NCBI RefSeq assembly: GCF_009914755.1
Contig: NC_060926.1
Strand: one strand, 5' to 3'
Source of the DNA: the human T2T-CHM13v2.0 reference genome, Homo sapiens
Length of the DNA stretch: 64,000 nucleotides
A program made the position numbers and the translations under genes. Positions 1-14,932 of this stretch are shown piece after piece. Numbering within the stretch: position 1 is the first letter of the stretch; each line of letters starts with the position of its first letter. The notes under the pieces were generated by a model, which saw nothing but the letters and a program-made list of their open reading frames with translations, ran no database searches and had not been told where the DNA came from.

Positions 1-92
1 AATGTATGAATCCAGAGCTCAGGGGAGACATTAGGACCAGAGATAAATATTTAGGAGTCAGTGGCATCAAGATGGTATTTAAAGCCATGCAT
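1..92 (-). mobile_element. L2 LINE fragment
   Basis: gagctcaggggag...ggagtcagtggcatcaagatggtatttaaagccatg is the reverse complement of the recalled L2 3' region. Confidence 0.65.
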
Positions 93-117
93 CTCTAGGA
101 GACTACTTATCAATAGG

Positions 118-195
118 GTTCAAGGCCACATAGCTAGTAAGTGATAGTATTGGAGTTCAAATTTGGATTTTTACCAACCCCCAAATTTATTCTGC
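118..195 (-). mobile_element. MIR fragment
   Basis: caaggccacatagctagtaagtg resembles the reverse-complemented MIR core caaggtcacacagctagtaagtgg. Confidence 0.55.
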
Positions 196-984
196 CAAAC
201 CAGATTACTGCAACATATTTTCACATTTATGTAGGCTAGCACATATTTTCTCAAAAACTTTATCACTGTGGGACACAGTAATAATTAGCTCGTAATTATG
301 ATGACATTTTCTTGTTTTAGTAATAGTGCATTAGTAATTATTTTAATATAATGTAAATTGGTGATGCCCCATTTATAGATCATTAGTAGTGGGGTAGATT
401 TCATTTTGTTGTTAGTAATATATAATTACAGAGAAAAAAATTCCTAGAAATTTTTATGTTGAAGCCATCCTTATGATTTTGTCTCCTTCAGAAATCTAAG
501 TTACTTTAAATGTGGTAAAATTAAAGTTGTGTCTTGTTGTTGATTTGTGATTGGGTATCATTTTTTTGGTCCTATCACCACAGCGAAATCCTTTGTGCTT
601 TGACAGCATTTTGTTTATGCATCTATTAAAACACTTAATAAATTGTATTTATTAAAACAACTTTATAATTTATGTTTCATGTACATGTCTTAGAGTATTT
701 TTCTTGTTTTTATGTCTAGCATTTGGTATGGTTTCTGGCACATTGGAGATCTGCTATATTTAGTGAGAAAAGTAATGAATTAAATGAATATGATCATTAC
801 ATCTATATTATTTTAACACACCTAAATGTTGTTACTAAAGAAAGCAAGTCACACAACTAGCAAATCATATTTTTTTTCCATATAGCAGAAACTCCAAGAA
901 AAGTTATATCAAGTTGTGGTAGGATTTGTTTCTTACGTGGCTTTTTTCTTTTAAGTTGATGAATAAAATGATTTTAAAAAACAT

Positions 985-1558
985 ATCCACGGGGGTCTTT
1001 CAAGTATCCACAGGACATTTGTTCCGGGACCCCCACAGATACTAAAATCTGCAGAGTTCAAGTCTCTTATATAAAATGGCATAATTGCTTACGTAAACTT
1101 AATGTATTGAGAAAGAAAGAAAAAATGGTGCAGTGTTTGCATGTAATCTATGTACATCCGTATATTTTAAATCATCTTTGGATTACTTATAGTACCCAAT
1201 ACACACAATCTAAATGATATGCAGTAGTGTGATCTCAGCTCACTGCAACCTCCACCTCCCGGGCTTAAGCCATTCTACCACCTCAGCCTCCCGTGTAGCT
1301 AGGACTATAGCCAAGCACCACCATGCCTGGCTAATTTTTGTATTTTTTGTAGAGATGAGGTTTTGCCACATTGTTCAGGCTGGTTGTGAATTCCTGAGTT
1401 CAAACAGTCCGCCCACCTCAGCCTCCCAAAGTGCTGGGATTACAGGCATGAGCCACCATGCTTGGCCTATATTGTTATTTCTAATCTTTTAAAATATTTT
1501 GGATCTGAGGTTAGTTGAACCTACGAGTATGGGACCTGTGGGTGAAGAGGGCCAACTG
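985..1558. mobile_element. MER2 (TcMar-Tigger MITE) interrupted by an Alu, in the last intron of MTX2
   Basis: gttccgggacccccacagatactaaaatc...tatataaaatggc...aaatcatctttggattacttatag and terminal gagggccaactg match the recalled MER2 consensus. Confidence 0.7.
1220..1468 (-). mobile_element. Alu lacking its 3' end and poly(A) tail
   Basis: gatctcagctcactgcaacc...cccaaagtgctgggattacaggcatgagccacc; no poly-T run at the left end. Confidence 0.95.
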
Positions 1559-1590
1559 TGTTTTCTATTGTAAAAGTTAAATGCTACTTA

Positions 1591-1618
1591 CTCACATTAC
1601 TCTCATTTCTACTTTTAG
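1591..1618 (+). promoter_or_regulatory. MTX2: Branch point, polypyrimidine tract and 3' splice acceptor of the last MTX2 exon
   Basis: ctcAc at 1591-1595, pyrimidine-rich tctcatttctacttt, AG at 1617-1618 directly before the recognisable MTX2 peptide. Confidence 0.85.
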
Positions 1619-1790
1619 GCCTACTGAACTTGACGCACTGGTATTTGGCCATCTATACACCATTCTTACCACACAATTGACAAATGATGAACTTTCTGAG
1701 AAGGTGAAAAACTATAGCAACCTCCTTGCTTTCTGTAGGAGAATTGAACAGCACTATTTTGAAGATCGTGGTAAAGGCAGGCTGTCATAG
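1619..1790 (+). CDS. MTX2: Metaxin-2, last coding exon (phase-2 start), C-terminal part of the GST-like domain
   Basis: Translates [56 protein letters not shown], recognised as the MTX2 C-terminus; canonical AG acceptor; TAG at 1788-1790. Confidence 0.96.
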
Positions 1791-2062
1791 AGTTATGTGT
1801 TAGTCTCAGGAGTCTTAACTTTTGAAATATGTTTTACTTGAATGTTACATTAGATATTGGTGTCAGAATTTTAAAACCAAATTACTGCTTTTTGAAACCT
1901 CAAATTATATAATGTATCTTATGTATGTGCTTTATATTGTTATTTGTGTATACATTAAAATAATTCTGAATTATTTAATCTGATATGTTGTATTCTGTAT
2001 CTTGAAATTTTTGTTTCCTTGAAACATGCATGCATTTAAAAATAAAGCTTAAACAACTGTAT
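1791..2062 (+). other. MTX2: MTX2 3' UTR (end approximate)
   Basis: U-rich, repeat-free sequence after the stop codon, with several TGTA (CFIm-type) motifs leading to AATAAA at 2041. Confidence 0.8.
2041..2046 (+). terminator. MTX2: Likely main poly(A) signal AATAAA of MTX2; further hexamers at 1954 (ATTAAA), 2126 and 2214 (AATAAA)
   Basis: AATAAA with upstream TGTA motifs and a downstream U-rich element (tttactttcttttgattttt). Confidence 0.75.
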
Positions 2063-2671
2063 GGATGTTACATTTACTTTCTTTTGATTTTTCTGAAAGT
2101 CATTCACTGAATTTTACACATGTGGAATAAACAGTGTCTTTTCTAAGGCAAGTAATTTGTGTTACATACTCCCAAGATTCCCTTGCTAGTTACATGGTGA
2201 AGCAGATAATGGGAATAAACGTTCTTAACAAGTGTGCACTTAGAAAATATGGATGGTTTTAAGGTAATTAAATTTTGGTGCAGATTTGACATTTAAGAAC
2301 ATTCTTTATATAGAGACTTAATTAAAAAACATTTCATCAGAGCAGCTGTGATTTACATTTGATAAAGGAAAAGTTTGAGGAACCTTTTTTTTTGAGACAA
2401 GAACATTTTAATAATGCTCTTTTATTCCTTTGTGGGGAAGGGAAGATAGTTTTCACAAAAGTATTAACAGGAATTTTTATGTAAACACTAAGGATTATAT
2501 GTTGTGTCCTTTCCAAATTTTCTCATAGTTTATATCTTATAAAACCAGGGATGCTCTGAAGAGACAGACGTAAAAAATGATTTCTTAAAAATGTCTAGAA
2601 TAATAGTACTTTTATATTTTCTTTTTATGTACCAGGGAATTTTAACTTATTTAATCCTTATAAAAATAGGA

Positions 2672-3415
2672 TGGCTTTGCAGACACTGCTACCATCTGGA
2701 GGCGCCTGCCATCAGCCATTATCAGCTCCATGTTCTCCCACATAGCTGCCAAGTAGGAGTTCCGCATCTCCTTTGGGCTGTTTGCAGGCAAAGTTCCAAA
2801 GACAGCAGAAAACTTTTGTGTCCTGAGCACTGGAGAGAAAGGGTTTGGTTTAAGAGTTCTTGCTTTCACAGAATTATTCCAGAGTTTATATGCCAGGGTG
2901 GTGACTTCATGCCATAATGGCACTGGTGGCATGACCATCTGTGGGGAAAAATCCGATGATGTGAACTTCATCCTGAAGCATACAGGTCCTAGCATCTTGC
3001 CCATGGCAAATGCTGGACCCAACACAAATGGTTTCCAATTTTTTATCTGTAGTGCCAAGACTGAAGGCTTAGATAGTAGGCATGTGGTCTTGGGAAAAGG
3101 TGAGAGAGAGGGTATGAGTGTCATGGAAGCCATGGAATACTTTGGGTCCAAGAATGGCAAGATGAGCAAGAAGATCACCATTGCCAACTGTGGACAACTC
3201 TAATAAATTTGAATTTTGTGTTATCTTAACTACCAGACTATTCCTTCTGTAGCTCAGGAGAGCAACCTTCCACTCTACGTGTTTGCAATATCCCATAATC
3301 TTTGTGCTCTCACTGTAGTACTTTGGGTTCCATATTTTCCTTATTCCCTTCTACATCTAGCTAGATTGAATGGTTAATTTTATGATTATAAAATAAAAAC
3401 TTGACAACAAAGACA
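2672..3415 (+). pseudogene. Processed pseudogene of PPIA (cyclophilin A)
   Basis: Intronless. 5'UTR-like tttgcagac; start codon degraded to ATT (2718-2720); peptides [16 protein letters not shown] and HNGTGG...[14 protein letters not shown]...[11 protein letters not shown] lie in different frames (frameshifts near 2850 and 2908); W121 replaced by G; PPIA-like 3'UTR; AATAAA at 3392 and a degenerate A-tail. Confidence 0.96.
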
Positions 3416-3528
3416 AAACACCATGAAGGTTATTATTCCCAGTTTACAGATGAGGAAATGGAGACACAAAAAATACCTTGTCCAAGGTCATAAAGTTGGT
3501 AAATGGTAGAGTTGGAATTCACACCCAT
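3416..3528 (-). mobile_element. MIR; its other part lies at ~2646-2665, on the far side of the PPIA retrocopy
   Basis: ttattcccagtttacagatgaggaaa...ttgtccaaggtcat...ggaattcacaccca matches the MIR core. Confidence 0.8.
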
Positions 3529-3551
3529 GAGTCATGGCATCAGTTTGGCTT

Positions 3552-3880
3552 TTTTTTTAAAGTTTTTTTTTTTTTTTTTTTTTTTTTTTCTGGGGGACAA
3601 GGTCTCACTGTCACCCAAGCTGGTGTGCAGTGGCATGCTCATGACTAATTGCAGCCTTGACCTTCCTCCGGGCTCAGTTGATCCTCCTCCCTCAGCCTCC
3701 ATGTAGCTGGGAGTCCAGGTCTGCCACCATGCCTAATTTTTGTATTTTTTTGTAGAAATGAGATTGCACCATGTTGCCCAGGCTGTTGTGGAACTCCTGG
3801 GCTCAAGTGCTCCACCCACCTCGGCCTCCCAAGGCTCCTACCTGTGTTGGGATTACAGGCATGAACCATGGTGCCTGGCC
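3552..3880 (-). mobile_element. Alu (old, AluJ-like)
   Basis: Poly-T, dimeric Alu body, TSD agtttggctt at 3542-3551 and 3882-3891. Confidence 0.93.
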
Positions 3881-4287
3881 GAGTTTGGCTTCTCATCACC
3901 ATGCTTTTTTTTTTTTTTTTTTTTTTTAAGATAGAGATTTATACCATGTAAAGGATACATTAGGTTTGCCTTCGTGTAAATCCCATGTAAACTTTGAGTA
4001 CTGTCTTTGGACTATAGTGCTCTTAGTAGGTTTCCTGAGCTAATATTGTAATGTGTATTATTAAAATCCCTAGCTATCTGTGTTTTTGTACAATTTTTAT
4101 GACAGGTTTTGTATACATTTTTGTGTACTGGTATATAATGATGTATTTTTTTCTTTTAATGCTACCATCACATTTATTTAATTGTACAAGTACCATTTGT
4201 ACCTCAGTATACAAAATTCTGATGTTTTCTTTGAGATTTTTCTATATAAAGATATAAAGATGCAATGTCAACATGGGTTGTGATATT

Positions 4288-4582
4288 TTATTTTATTTTT
4301 GAGACAGGAGCTCACCCTATTGCCCAGGCTGAAGTGCAGTGGTGCAATCTCAGCTCACTGCAGCCTTGACCTTTTAGGCTGAATGGATCCTCTCATCTCA
4401 GCATCCCAGGTAGCTGGGACTACAGGTGCATGCCACCATGCCTGACTAATTTGGGTATTTTTTGTAGAGATGAGGTCTCACCATGTTGGTCAGGGTGGTC
4501 TCAAACTCCTGAGCTCAAGTGATCTGCCCACCTCCACCTCTCAAAGTGCTAGGAGTAGAAGCATGAGCCACCACACCTGGCC
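4288..4582 (-). mobile_element. Alu (AluJ-like)
   Basis: Full dimer; TSD ggttgtgatatt at 4276-4287 and 4584-4595. Confidence 0.95.
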
Positions 4583-5184
4583 TGGTTGTGATATTCTAAT
4601 CTTAATGATTATAACTGACTGTATTCTTAATATGAGGAACACTGGGAAACTGGTTGTTTTATTCCAAGTTGAGGTGCTTACTCTTATTTAAGACTTACAT
4701 GGCTCACTCTCAGAGGGCTTGTTTCTTTCTAGTGTTGAGGTGAATCACCCTTGGAACAATACAATAGAAAATGGAAACTGACGTCTCGTTTTCGTGATTC
4801 AGTTTTTTTTTTTTCCTTTATCTTTTAAATTTGAGTTTGGAAAGCCAAGTCATAGTAGTTAAAAATTATCATGTAAAACCAGTTTGTTGACAAATGCTGC
4901 CAAAATACTTACATATATTGTGAATTTTAAAATAAGCACATGCATCCTTATTTAAATAAAAATTTAAATTGTAAGTAGTTCTTCAGAATGATGGTTTTAC
5001 ATATGAGAAACTTTAAATCAACAATGTCTACAGTATCATATTTGATGACTGGAATGATCTACATTATTGTGTTTAAAATAATTTTATCTTCTATGACACT
5101 TTTTAGAAATCCAACGTACTACTTTTTAATTGATTTGAATATTGGATGAGTAGCTGTAGTATTAGTTCATTAGGTACTCAAAAT

Positions 5185-5511
5185 CAGTGGTCCCCAACCT
5201 TTTTGGCACCAGGGACCGGTTTTGTAGAAGACAGCTTTTCCATGGGATGGTGGGGAACGGGGAATGGTTTCAGGATGAAACTGTTCTACTTCAGATCATC
5301 AGGCATTAGATTCTCATGAAGAGCACACAACCTAGATCCCTCACATGCACAGTTCACAATAGGGTTTGTGCTCCTATGAGAATCTAATGCCACTGCTGAT
5401 CTCACAGGAGCCAAGGCTAGGGCTATATGCTTGCTTGCCAGCTGCTCACCTCTTGCTGTGCAGCCTGGTTCCTAACAGTAAGGGTCCATGGCCCAGGGGT
5501 TGGGATCCCTC
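5185..5511. mobile_element. MER1B-like hAT-Charlie DNA transposon
   Basis: Termini cagtggtccccaacc and ggggttgggatccct; internal cagatcatcaggcattagattctcat. Confidence 0.85.
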
Positions 5512-7461
5512 CCCTAAATCCAGAAAAATTAGAAATTATAAAATATGTCAATCTGAAAGATTAGTATAATAGGTCTTGATGCTTTTTTGATGAACAAATA
5601 GTGAATGGTATTTTACTATTGTATATGGTTGTCATTTAATCATATAGGTGTTATATTGAGGTATTTTAAGATGTTACATTCCACAGTAAAATTTAAGATA
5701 CTATAATTTTTTTGAACATACTGACATTTTTGTTTATTAAAACCAGTGGCTTCTTGGTCAACTATTTTGTAGTATGTCTAATCCATTTATGTTTACATAT
5801 ATTAAATCATTTATAAATTTTATTGAGCCTTAAAAGGAAATATTTAAAGGTTTGATTATATCTAGACTGATATAAATGTTTTCCTAATTTGTTTTTAAAT
5901 TTCTAAGAATTGAAATAAGATTTCTATCTTTATTTTTTCATTTTTGCTGAATTATGGCGATTGTGATAAGACTGTAATAGTTTCTCTGAGATTTTCTCCT
6001 TGGACAATCCTGTTTTCTGTGAATATAGTTTTATTTCAGCTTTTCCAATCTGTATGCCTTTTTGTTTTGCTTTTGTTTTGCCTTACTGCACTAACTAGCA
6101 CAGTGCATTGTTCAATGGGAATGAAAAAATGGATGTTCTTACCTTGTTTGTGGTATCTTAAGGGGCAAGTATTCAGTCTTTCACCATTAAGTGTGAGAGT
6201 AGGTTTTTGTTGATGCCCTTTACTGAGCTGAGGCAGTTCCCTTCTAATCCTGGTCTGCCGAGTGTTTTTTTTTTTTTTTAAGGTCATGAATAGATGGTAT
6301 ATTTTATCAAAGGCTTTTTCTGCATCCATCGAGTTGATCATAGGTTTTTAAAAATTTTATTCTGTTGAAGTGGCTAATTATATTAATTGATTTTCAAATA
6401 TTAGGTCAACTCTAGTATCCTGGGATAAATCATATTTAATTGTGATATATTATCTCTTTTTATATTGTTGGATTTTATTTCCGGGTGTTTTGTTTAGGAT
6501 CTTTATGTCCATAGTCATGAGAAATGTTGGTCTCTAGTTTTCCTGTAGTGCCTTTGCCTGGTTTTAGTATCATGTTAATATTGTCCTCATTAAAAGAGGT
6601 GGAAAGGGTTCTTTCCTATTCTACATTTGGGAAGAGTTTAGATTTGATATTATTATTTTCTCTGTAAATGTTCTGTAGAATTTACCAATTTTACCACCTG
6701 GGCCTGGAGGTTTTTTTGTGGAAGATTTTAAATGAAAATTTTGATTTCTTTAATATACTTAGGACTCTTCAGGTCATCTGTTTCTTGTTGGGTGAGCTTT
6801 GGCTTGTGCCTTTCAAAGAATTTGTCCATTTTCTCTAAGTTATTGGATTTATGGGCATAGAGTTGTTTGTATTTTTTTAATTATCCTTTTAATATCTGTG
6901 GCACCTATAGTAATATCCCATCTTTCCCTTTTCATATTTGTAAATTATGTCAGTCCGGTTAGAGGCTTATCAATTAAAAATTTCCCCCTAGTTTCCAGTT
7001 TCATTGACTTTCTTTTTTCTCTCTGTAGTTTTGTTCTCAGTTTCTTCTCTGTTCTATCATTGTCATTTCCTTCCTTATACTTGCTTTGGGTTTAATAGTT
7101 TCTTAATGTGGAAGCTTAGACTGACTTGAGACTCTTTTCTAATATGGGCATTTAATACTATAACTTTCCTTCTAAACACTGCTTGGAATTTTGATATGTT
7201 GTGCTTTTATTTTCATTTAATACAAAATATTTTCCAATTTCCTCTTTGATCTATGGGTTATTTATAACTGTATTCTTTAATTTGAAAATATTTGAAGATT
7301 TCTCAGATTTTGTTCTGTTATTGATTTCTAGTTTAACTTATGTTTCTAGAACAGACTTTATATAATTTGAAGTCTTTTAAATATGTTCAAGTTTGCATTG
7401 CGGTTCAGAATGTGGTTATCTTGGTGAATGTTCCATGTGCAATTGTAAAGAATGTTTTAGG

Positions 7462-7850
<389 letters not shown>

Positions 7851-8170
7851 TTAATTGTTCTATATCTTACTGATTTTCTGCCTCCTTGTTCTTCATTGCT
7901 AAGAGAGGAGTATTCTGCGTTGCTGAGAGAAGGATGTTGAATTGTGGCTTCTTTTTCTCCTACCATTTCTATCAACTTGTTTCATGCATTTTGAAGATCT
8001 CTTGTTAGATGCACATACATTTAGGATTATTATTTTTTCTTGAAGAATTGATCCCCTTAGCAACATGTGCTCTTTTTATCCCTGATATTTCTTATTCTAC
8101 AGTTATTTGTCTGATATTAATTTAATTATTTCAGTGACTACTCAGGGTTTCTTTAGATTAATGTTTGTAA

Positions 8171-8503
<333 letters not shown>

Positions 8504-8544
8504 TAGCCTACTTGTAACCTTTTATTTAAAATATATTTATTTCT

Positions 8545-8680
8545 TTGTTTTTTTATTTGGATGGAGTCAGGAGTCTCGCTATGTTGCCCAGCTGGTCTTG
8601 AACTCCTGGCCTCAAGCAATCCTCCTGCCTTGGCTTCCCAAAGTGTTGGGATCACAGACATTAGCCATGGTGGCAGCCTA
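8545..8680 (-). mobile_element. Alu left monomer (FLAM-like)
   Basis: gtctcgctatgttgcccagctggtcttgaactcctggcctcaagcaatcctcc...cccaaagtgttggga. Confidence 0.85.
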
Positions 8681-8744
8681 CACTGTGTTTGTATAAACAG
8701 TTCAGAATTGAGTCTTGGATTATCTGACAATCTCTCTTTTAATT

Positions 8745-9094
8745 CAGGGGTTCCCAACTCCTGGGCGATGGACCGGTACCAGTCCCAGTCCGTGGCCTGT
8801 TAGGAACCAGACTGCACAGCAAGTGAGCGCCCAGCAAGTGAGCATTCCCACCTAAGACCCACCTCCTGTCAGATCAGCAGCGGGCATTAGATTCTCATAG
8901 GAGTGGGAACACTGGCCACACCTGTGAATCCTGGCCTAGGTTGCCTGATCCTTATAAGAATCTAACTAATGCCTGATGATGACCTGGGGTGGAACAGTTT
9001 CATCCCGAAACCATACCCCTACCCCACCTTGTTCAGTGGAAAAATTGTCTTCCACAAAACTGGTCCCTGGTGCCAAAAAGGTTGGGGACTGCTG
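8745..9094. mobile_element. MER1-type hAT-Charlie element, opposite orientation to the copy at 5185
   Basis: TIRs caggggttcccaac and gttggggactgctg; 8-bp TSD ttttaatt/tattaatt; host L1 sequence resumes across it. Confidence 0.88.
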
Positions 9095-9354
9095 TATTAA
9101 TTGCTGCATTTAGGACATTTTCATTTAATGTAATTATTGACATAGGTGGATTAAAACATCATCTTGCCAAGTGTTTCCTATTTGTTCTGCTTGTTCTTTG
9201 TTTCTTATAACCGTTTATTATTTTGATTGACTTTTAATGAGGCCATTTTGTCTCCACTCTTGGCTTATTATTTATAACTCAGTTTTTTAATAATAGCCAA
9301 GGCTTACAATATACATCTTTAATCACAGCTTATGTTCAAATAATACACACTGTA

Positions 9355-11136
9355 CTCCAGTCTGTGGCTTGTCTTTTCATTTTTCACTGGTGTCTTTGGA
9401 AGAGTGGAAGTTTTAAATTTTAATAAAGTCCAACTTACTAACTTTTTCTTTTATGGAGTGTGTGTTGTCATATGTAAGAAATCTTTGCCTAATCCAAAGT
9501 TGCAAAGTTTTTCTTCTATTTTTTCTTTTAGAAGTTTTATTGTTTTAGCTCTTACATTTAAGTCTATGATTCATTTTGAGTTAATTTTAACGTATGGTGT
9601 GAGGTAGGAGTCTCCTCTTTTATTTTTTTCATATGGCTATGCAATTTATTTTCCTTGGCACCTTTTGTTCCATCAACATGTGACAAAATAAGGATAGAGA
9701 TAGGGGAGAAGGATCCAACTGGGGGCTTTAAGCCTTTCCTACAGCTGCAACTGTTCTCTCCAAAGAGCAAGGGTCACTTTCTTAGGATTCCTACCGTGTC
9801 TGCAATTTTTTAAAAAAAACTTTCTGTGAGGTTCTTGGAGAAGAACCTATGAATGAGTATGAATTCCCCTTGTGTCTGTGACCCCCAGGGTTTTTAGAGA
9901 CTCTTGTTTGCTTATAATAAACCTTTAGCAATTAGTTAAAAAATTTAGCTTACTTTTTCTTACCATTGTCCAGTAGTATCTGTTTCAGGTAAGCAAGTGC
10001 TTGTGACTCTTCTGTCCTTAGATTTTGGATTCGTTGGTCCTGCAGCCTCAGCTGTATAAGTTCAAGAACCGTGGTGAATTTGCATATTGTCTGGTGTTTG
10101 TTGTTATTGTGAGGGTGGGAGCAGTGCTTTTTAAATCTTTCTACATTGTAAGCAGAAGCTGGAAATCTAGGTTCCTTTTTATTCTTGATAAGAAATACTC
10201 ATTTAGAATTAAAAGTATTGAATTTTCAAAACAGGTTTTATGAAAAATTTCAAACATATATAAAAGTAGAGTAAGTCATAAAAAGGAGTCTCGTGTACCT
10301 ATCAAACACTAACTCATTTAAACAGTTACCAACTTAGGGCTGTCTATACCCCCATTGTTAGAATAAGCTTTATTAAGAATATGTGTTGCATATACGTTCA
10401 TGTAAGTCTGCTTTTAAAAATGTGTTACACAAACATGTTTCTTTTTCTTAATATTTTGTTATTACATAGATCATATTCACACCTAGGTGAAAAAATAGAA
10501 CATTACTAGTATCTTAGAAGATCTCTATGTGACAGCAATTTCATCTAATCCCAGCTCTTTACCCCACCTCTGGAGGTTGCCATTATCCTGATTTTGTGTT
10601 AATCATTCTCATGATTTAACTTTTTTCTGTTTTTGATCTTCATTTAAATGGAATCATGCTGTGTGTACTCTGTTTTGTTTTGCTTTTTTCACACAATATT
10701 ATATATTTTTGTTTCACCTACTTTGAGCCTAGCACTGGTTAACTTTCACTGTTGTATAGTATTTTTTCATAGGCAAATATAACACTTTATTTCTCTGTTT
10801 TCTCATTGGTACACTTTTGGATTGTGTCCAGTTTTCCATTACAATATAAAAATAGCTGTTTATGAACACTCCTGTACATATCTCCTGGTACAGGTATACA
10901 GGAGTGTTTACTTAAGAATGTAATTGCTGGGTTGTCAGGTATGTGTATATTTAACTTTATTAGATAATTCCAAATTGTTTTCCTAAATGCTTGTGCCAGT
11001 TTACACACTTACACTTGTCTATATCTTTGCCAACATTTGGGATTATTAGACTTAAATTTTTTCAATTGTGGTTTTAATTAGTATTTTCCAGATTATCATT
11101 GAGCTGAGTATATTTGAATGTTAATTGGCTATTTTC

Positions 11137-11167
<31 letters not shown>

Positions 11168-11465
11168 CTGTGTGTGTGTGTGTATGTGTGAAAAAGCTAT
11201 TCATAATTGCTTTGTCTATTTTTCTGTTGGGTTGTTTTTCTATTGTGAGTGATTTATGGGAATCCTATTGGTATTATAGATATTAACACCTAGTTGGTTA
11301 TAACTGTTATAAATATCTGTTCTTAGTTTGTGGCTTGTCTTTTCAATCCTTTTATGGTGTCTGGATGTACACAGATTCTTAAGTTTAATATAGTCAATGT
11401 GATGATCAATCTTTTTTTTATGATTTGAACTTTTTGTCTCTTGTTCAGGACATCCTTCTCAATTC
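9355..11465 (-). mobile_element. Degenerate L1M/L1ME fragments
   Basis: tgtggcttgtcttttc, aaatggaatcatgctg and tatgaacactcctgtacat resemble antisense L1 3' regions. Confidence 0.6.
11138..11190. repeat. (TG)n microsatellite
   Basis: About 26 TG units with two interruptions. Confidence 0.97.
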
Positions 11466-11667
11466 TTATGTATAAGTCAGAGTTCAGTTTTAGACCTCTT
11501 GGTCTTGGGATCTAACATGGTTGTGGTGGACCTTAGTACCATAGAGCAGGTGACTGGAAGCATAACCCATTGTGTAGTGTTGAGCCACAATATTTCTGTG
11601 TGTTTTAGTGTTTTCATTTTAAGTTTTGCCTACTTTATCAAACGAGACCTTAAAAATCATACATCAA

Positions 11668-11970
<303 letters not shown>

Positions 11971-12269
11971 TCATACATCAGAAGTAATACAGCAAAGAAC
12001 CCTTTATGAGATTGCTGAGCATATTCGGTTTACTTTTTGTTGAAATCTGTAGAGGAAGTCAAGGGGAAACTGATATCAGACGTATTGAGAAAGGTATAAT
12101 TTTCAACTGCATGGTACCCCCCCCTACATAAAAGTTAGGAGAAAAAAAGTCCTTCAGGTTTTGGTTAGTATGAAGAATTGTCCTACAAAACACCAGCTTC
12201 CATTTGCCTAGATCCTATGTTCTGTACAGGGATTTTTGATGATAATTTATGATGACTCTATTAAATAAT

Positions 12270-13780
<1,511 letters not shown>

Positions 13781-13799
13781 TAATTTAATATTGGGAGTT

Positions 13800-14932
13800 T
13801 TTATTTTTAGTTGACACATAATTTTACATATTTATGGGGTACAGAGTGATACTTCATGTATGCAATGTGTAATGATCAAATCAGAGTAATTAGCATATCC
13901 ATCACCTCAAATATTTTACATTTCTTTGTGCTGGAAACATTCAAAGTCCTCTCTTCTAGCTATTTAAAAGTATATAATATTGTTAGCTGTAATCACCCAG
14001 CAGTGCTTTAGAATCATAGTACTTATTTCTCCTATCTAGCTGTAATTTGTAACCATTAACCAACCTCTCCTGACTGGGGAGGGATGGGGGGAAAAGAATT
14101 TCCCCCATCCTTCTCAGCCTCTAATAACCATAATTCTACTCCTCACTTCTATGAGCTCAGTTTTTTTTTTTAACTCCTACATATGAGTGAGAACATGCAG
14201 TATTTATCTACATAGAAATGGTTGACTTATTTCACTTAACATAATGTTCTCCAGTTGTATCCATGTTGCTGTTTCATTCTTTTTGTGGCTGAATAGTATT
14301 TCACTATGTATATATACCACATTTTCTTTATCCATTTATCTGTTGATGAACATTTAGGTCAATTCTGTATCTTGGCTATTGTGAATAGTGTTGCATTAAA
14401 GATGGGGGTGTAGATATTTCATAGATATACTGATTTCCTTTCCTTTGGATAAATACTTATAGTCGGATTGCTGGATCATATGGTAGTTCTGTTTTTAGTT
14501 TCTTGAGAAACCTCCATACTGTGTTTCCTAATGGCTGTACTAATTTACATTTCCACTAACAATGTATAAGAGTTCCCTTTTCTTGGTGTCTTCACCAGCG
14601 TTTGTCATTTTTTTTTTTTTGTAACAGCCATTCTAACTGGGGTGAGATGGTACCACATTGTAGTTTTGATGGACATTTCCCTGGTGATTAGTGACGTTGA
14701 GCATTTTTTCATATACTTGGCCATTTGCATATCTTTTGAGAAATATCTATTCAGGTTCTTTACCTGTTCTTAAATTGGATTATGTGTTTTTTTGCTTTTG
14801 TGCTGTTGGGTGCTTTGAGTTCCTTGCATATTCTGAATATTAGTCTCTTGTTGGATGAATAGTTTGCAAATATTTTCTTCCATTCTGTAGGTTGTCTCTT
14901 CTACTCTGTTGATTGTTTTCTTTGCTGAAGCT
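13800..14932 (-). mobile_element. L1MA-type 3' end
   Basis: catatttatggggtacagagtgat...tgtgtaatgatcaaatcagagtaattagcatatccatcacctcaaa; gagtgagaacatgcagtattt. Confidence 0.88.

Noticed and set aside
1581-1618. N-terminal [13 protein letters not shown] of the 69-aa ORF
   Set aside because: Intronic branch-point and pyrimidine tract that happens to be in frame; the real exon starts after the AG at 1618.
2651-3187. 178-aa minus-strand ORF
   Set aside because: Antisense shadow of the PPIA retrocopy, with no independent evidence of coding.
2898-3203. 101-aa cyclophilin-like ORF as a functional protein
   Set aside because: Starts at GTG after a frameshift, lacks the N-terminal half including catalytic R55, and has W121G; a pseudogene fragment.
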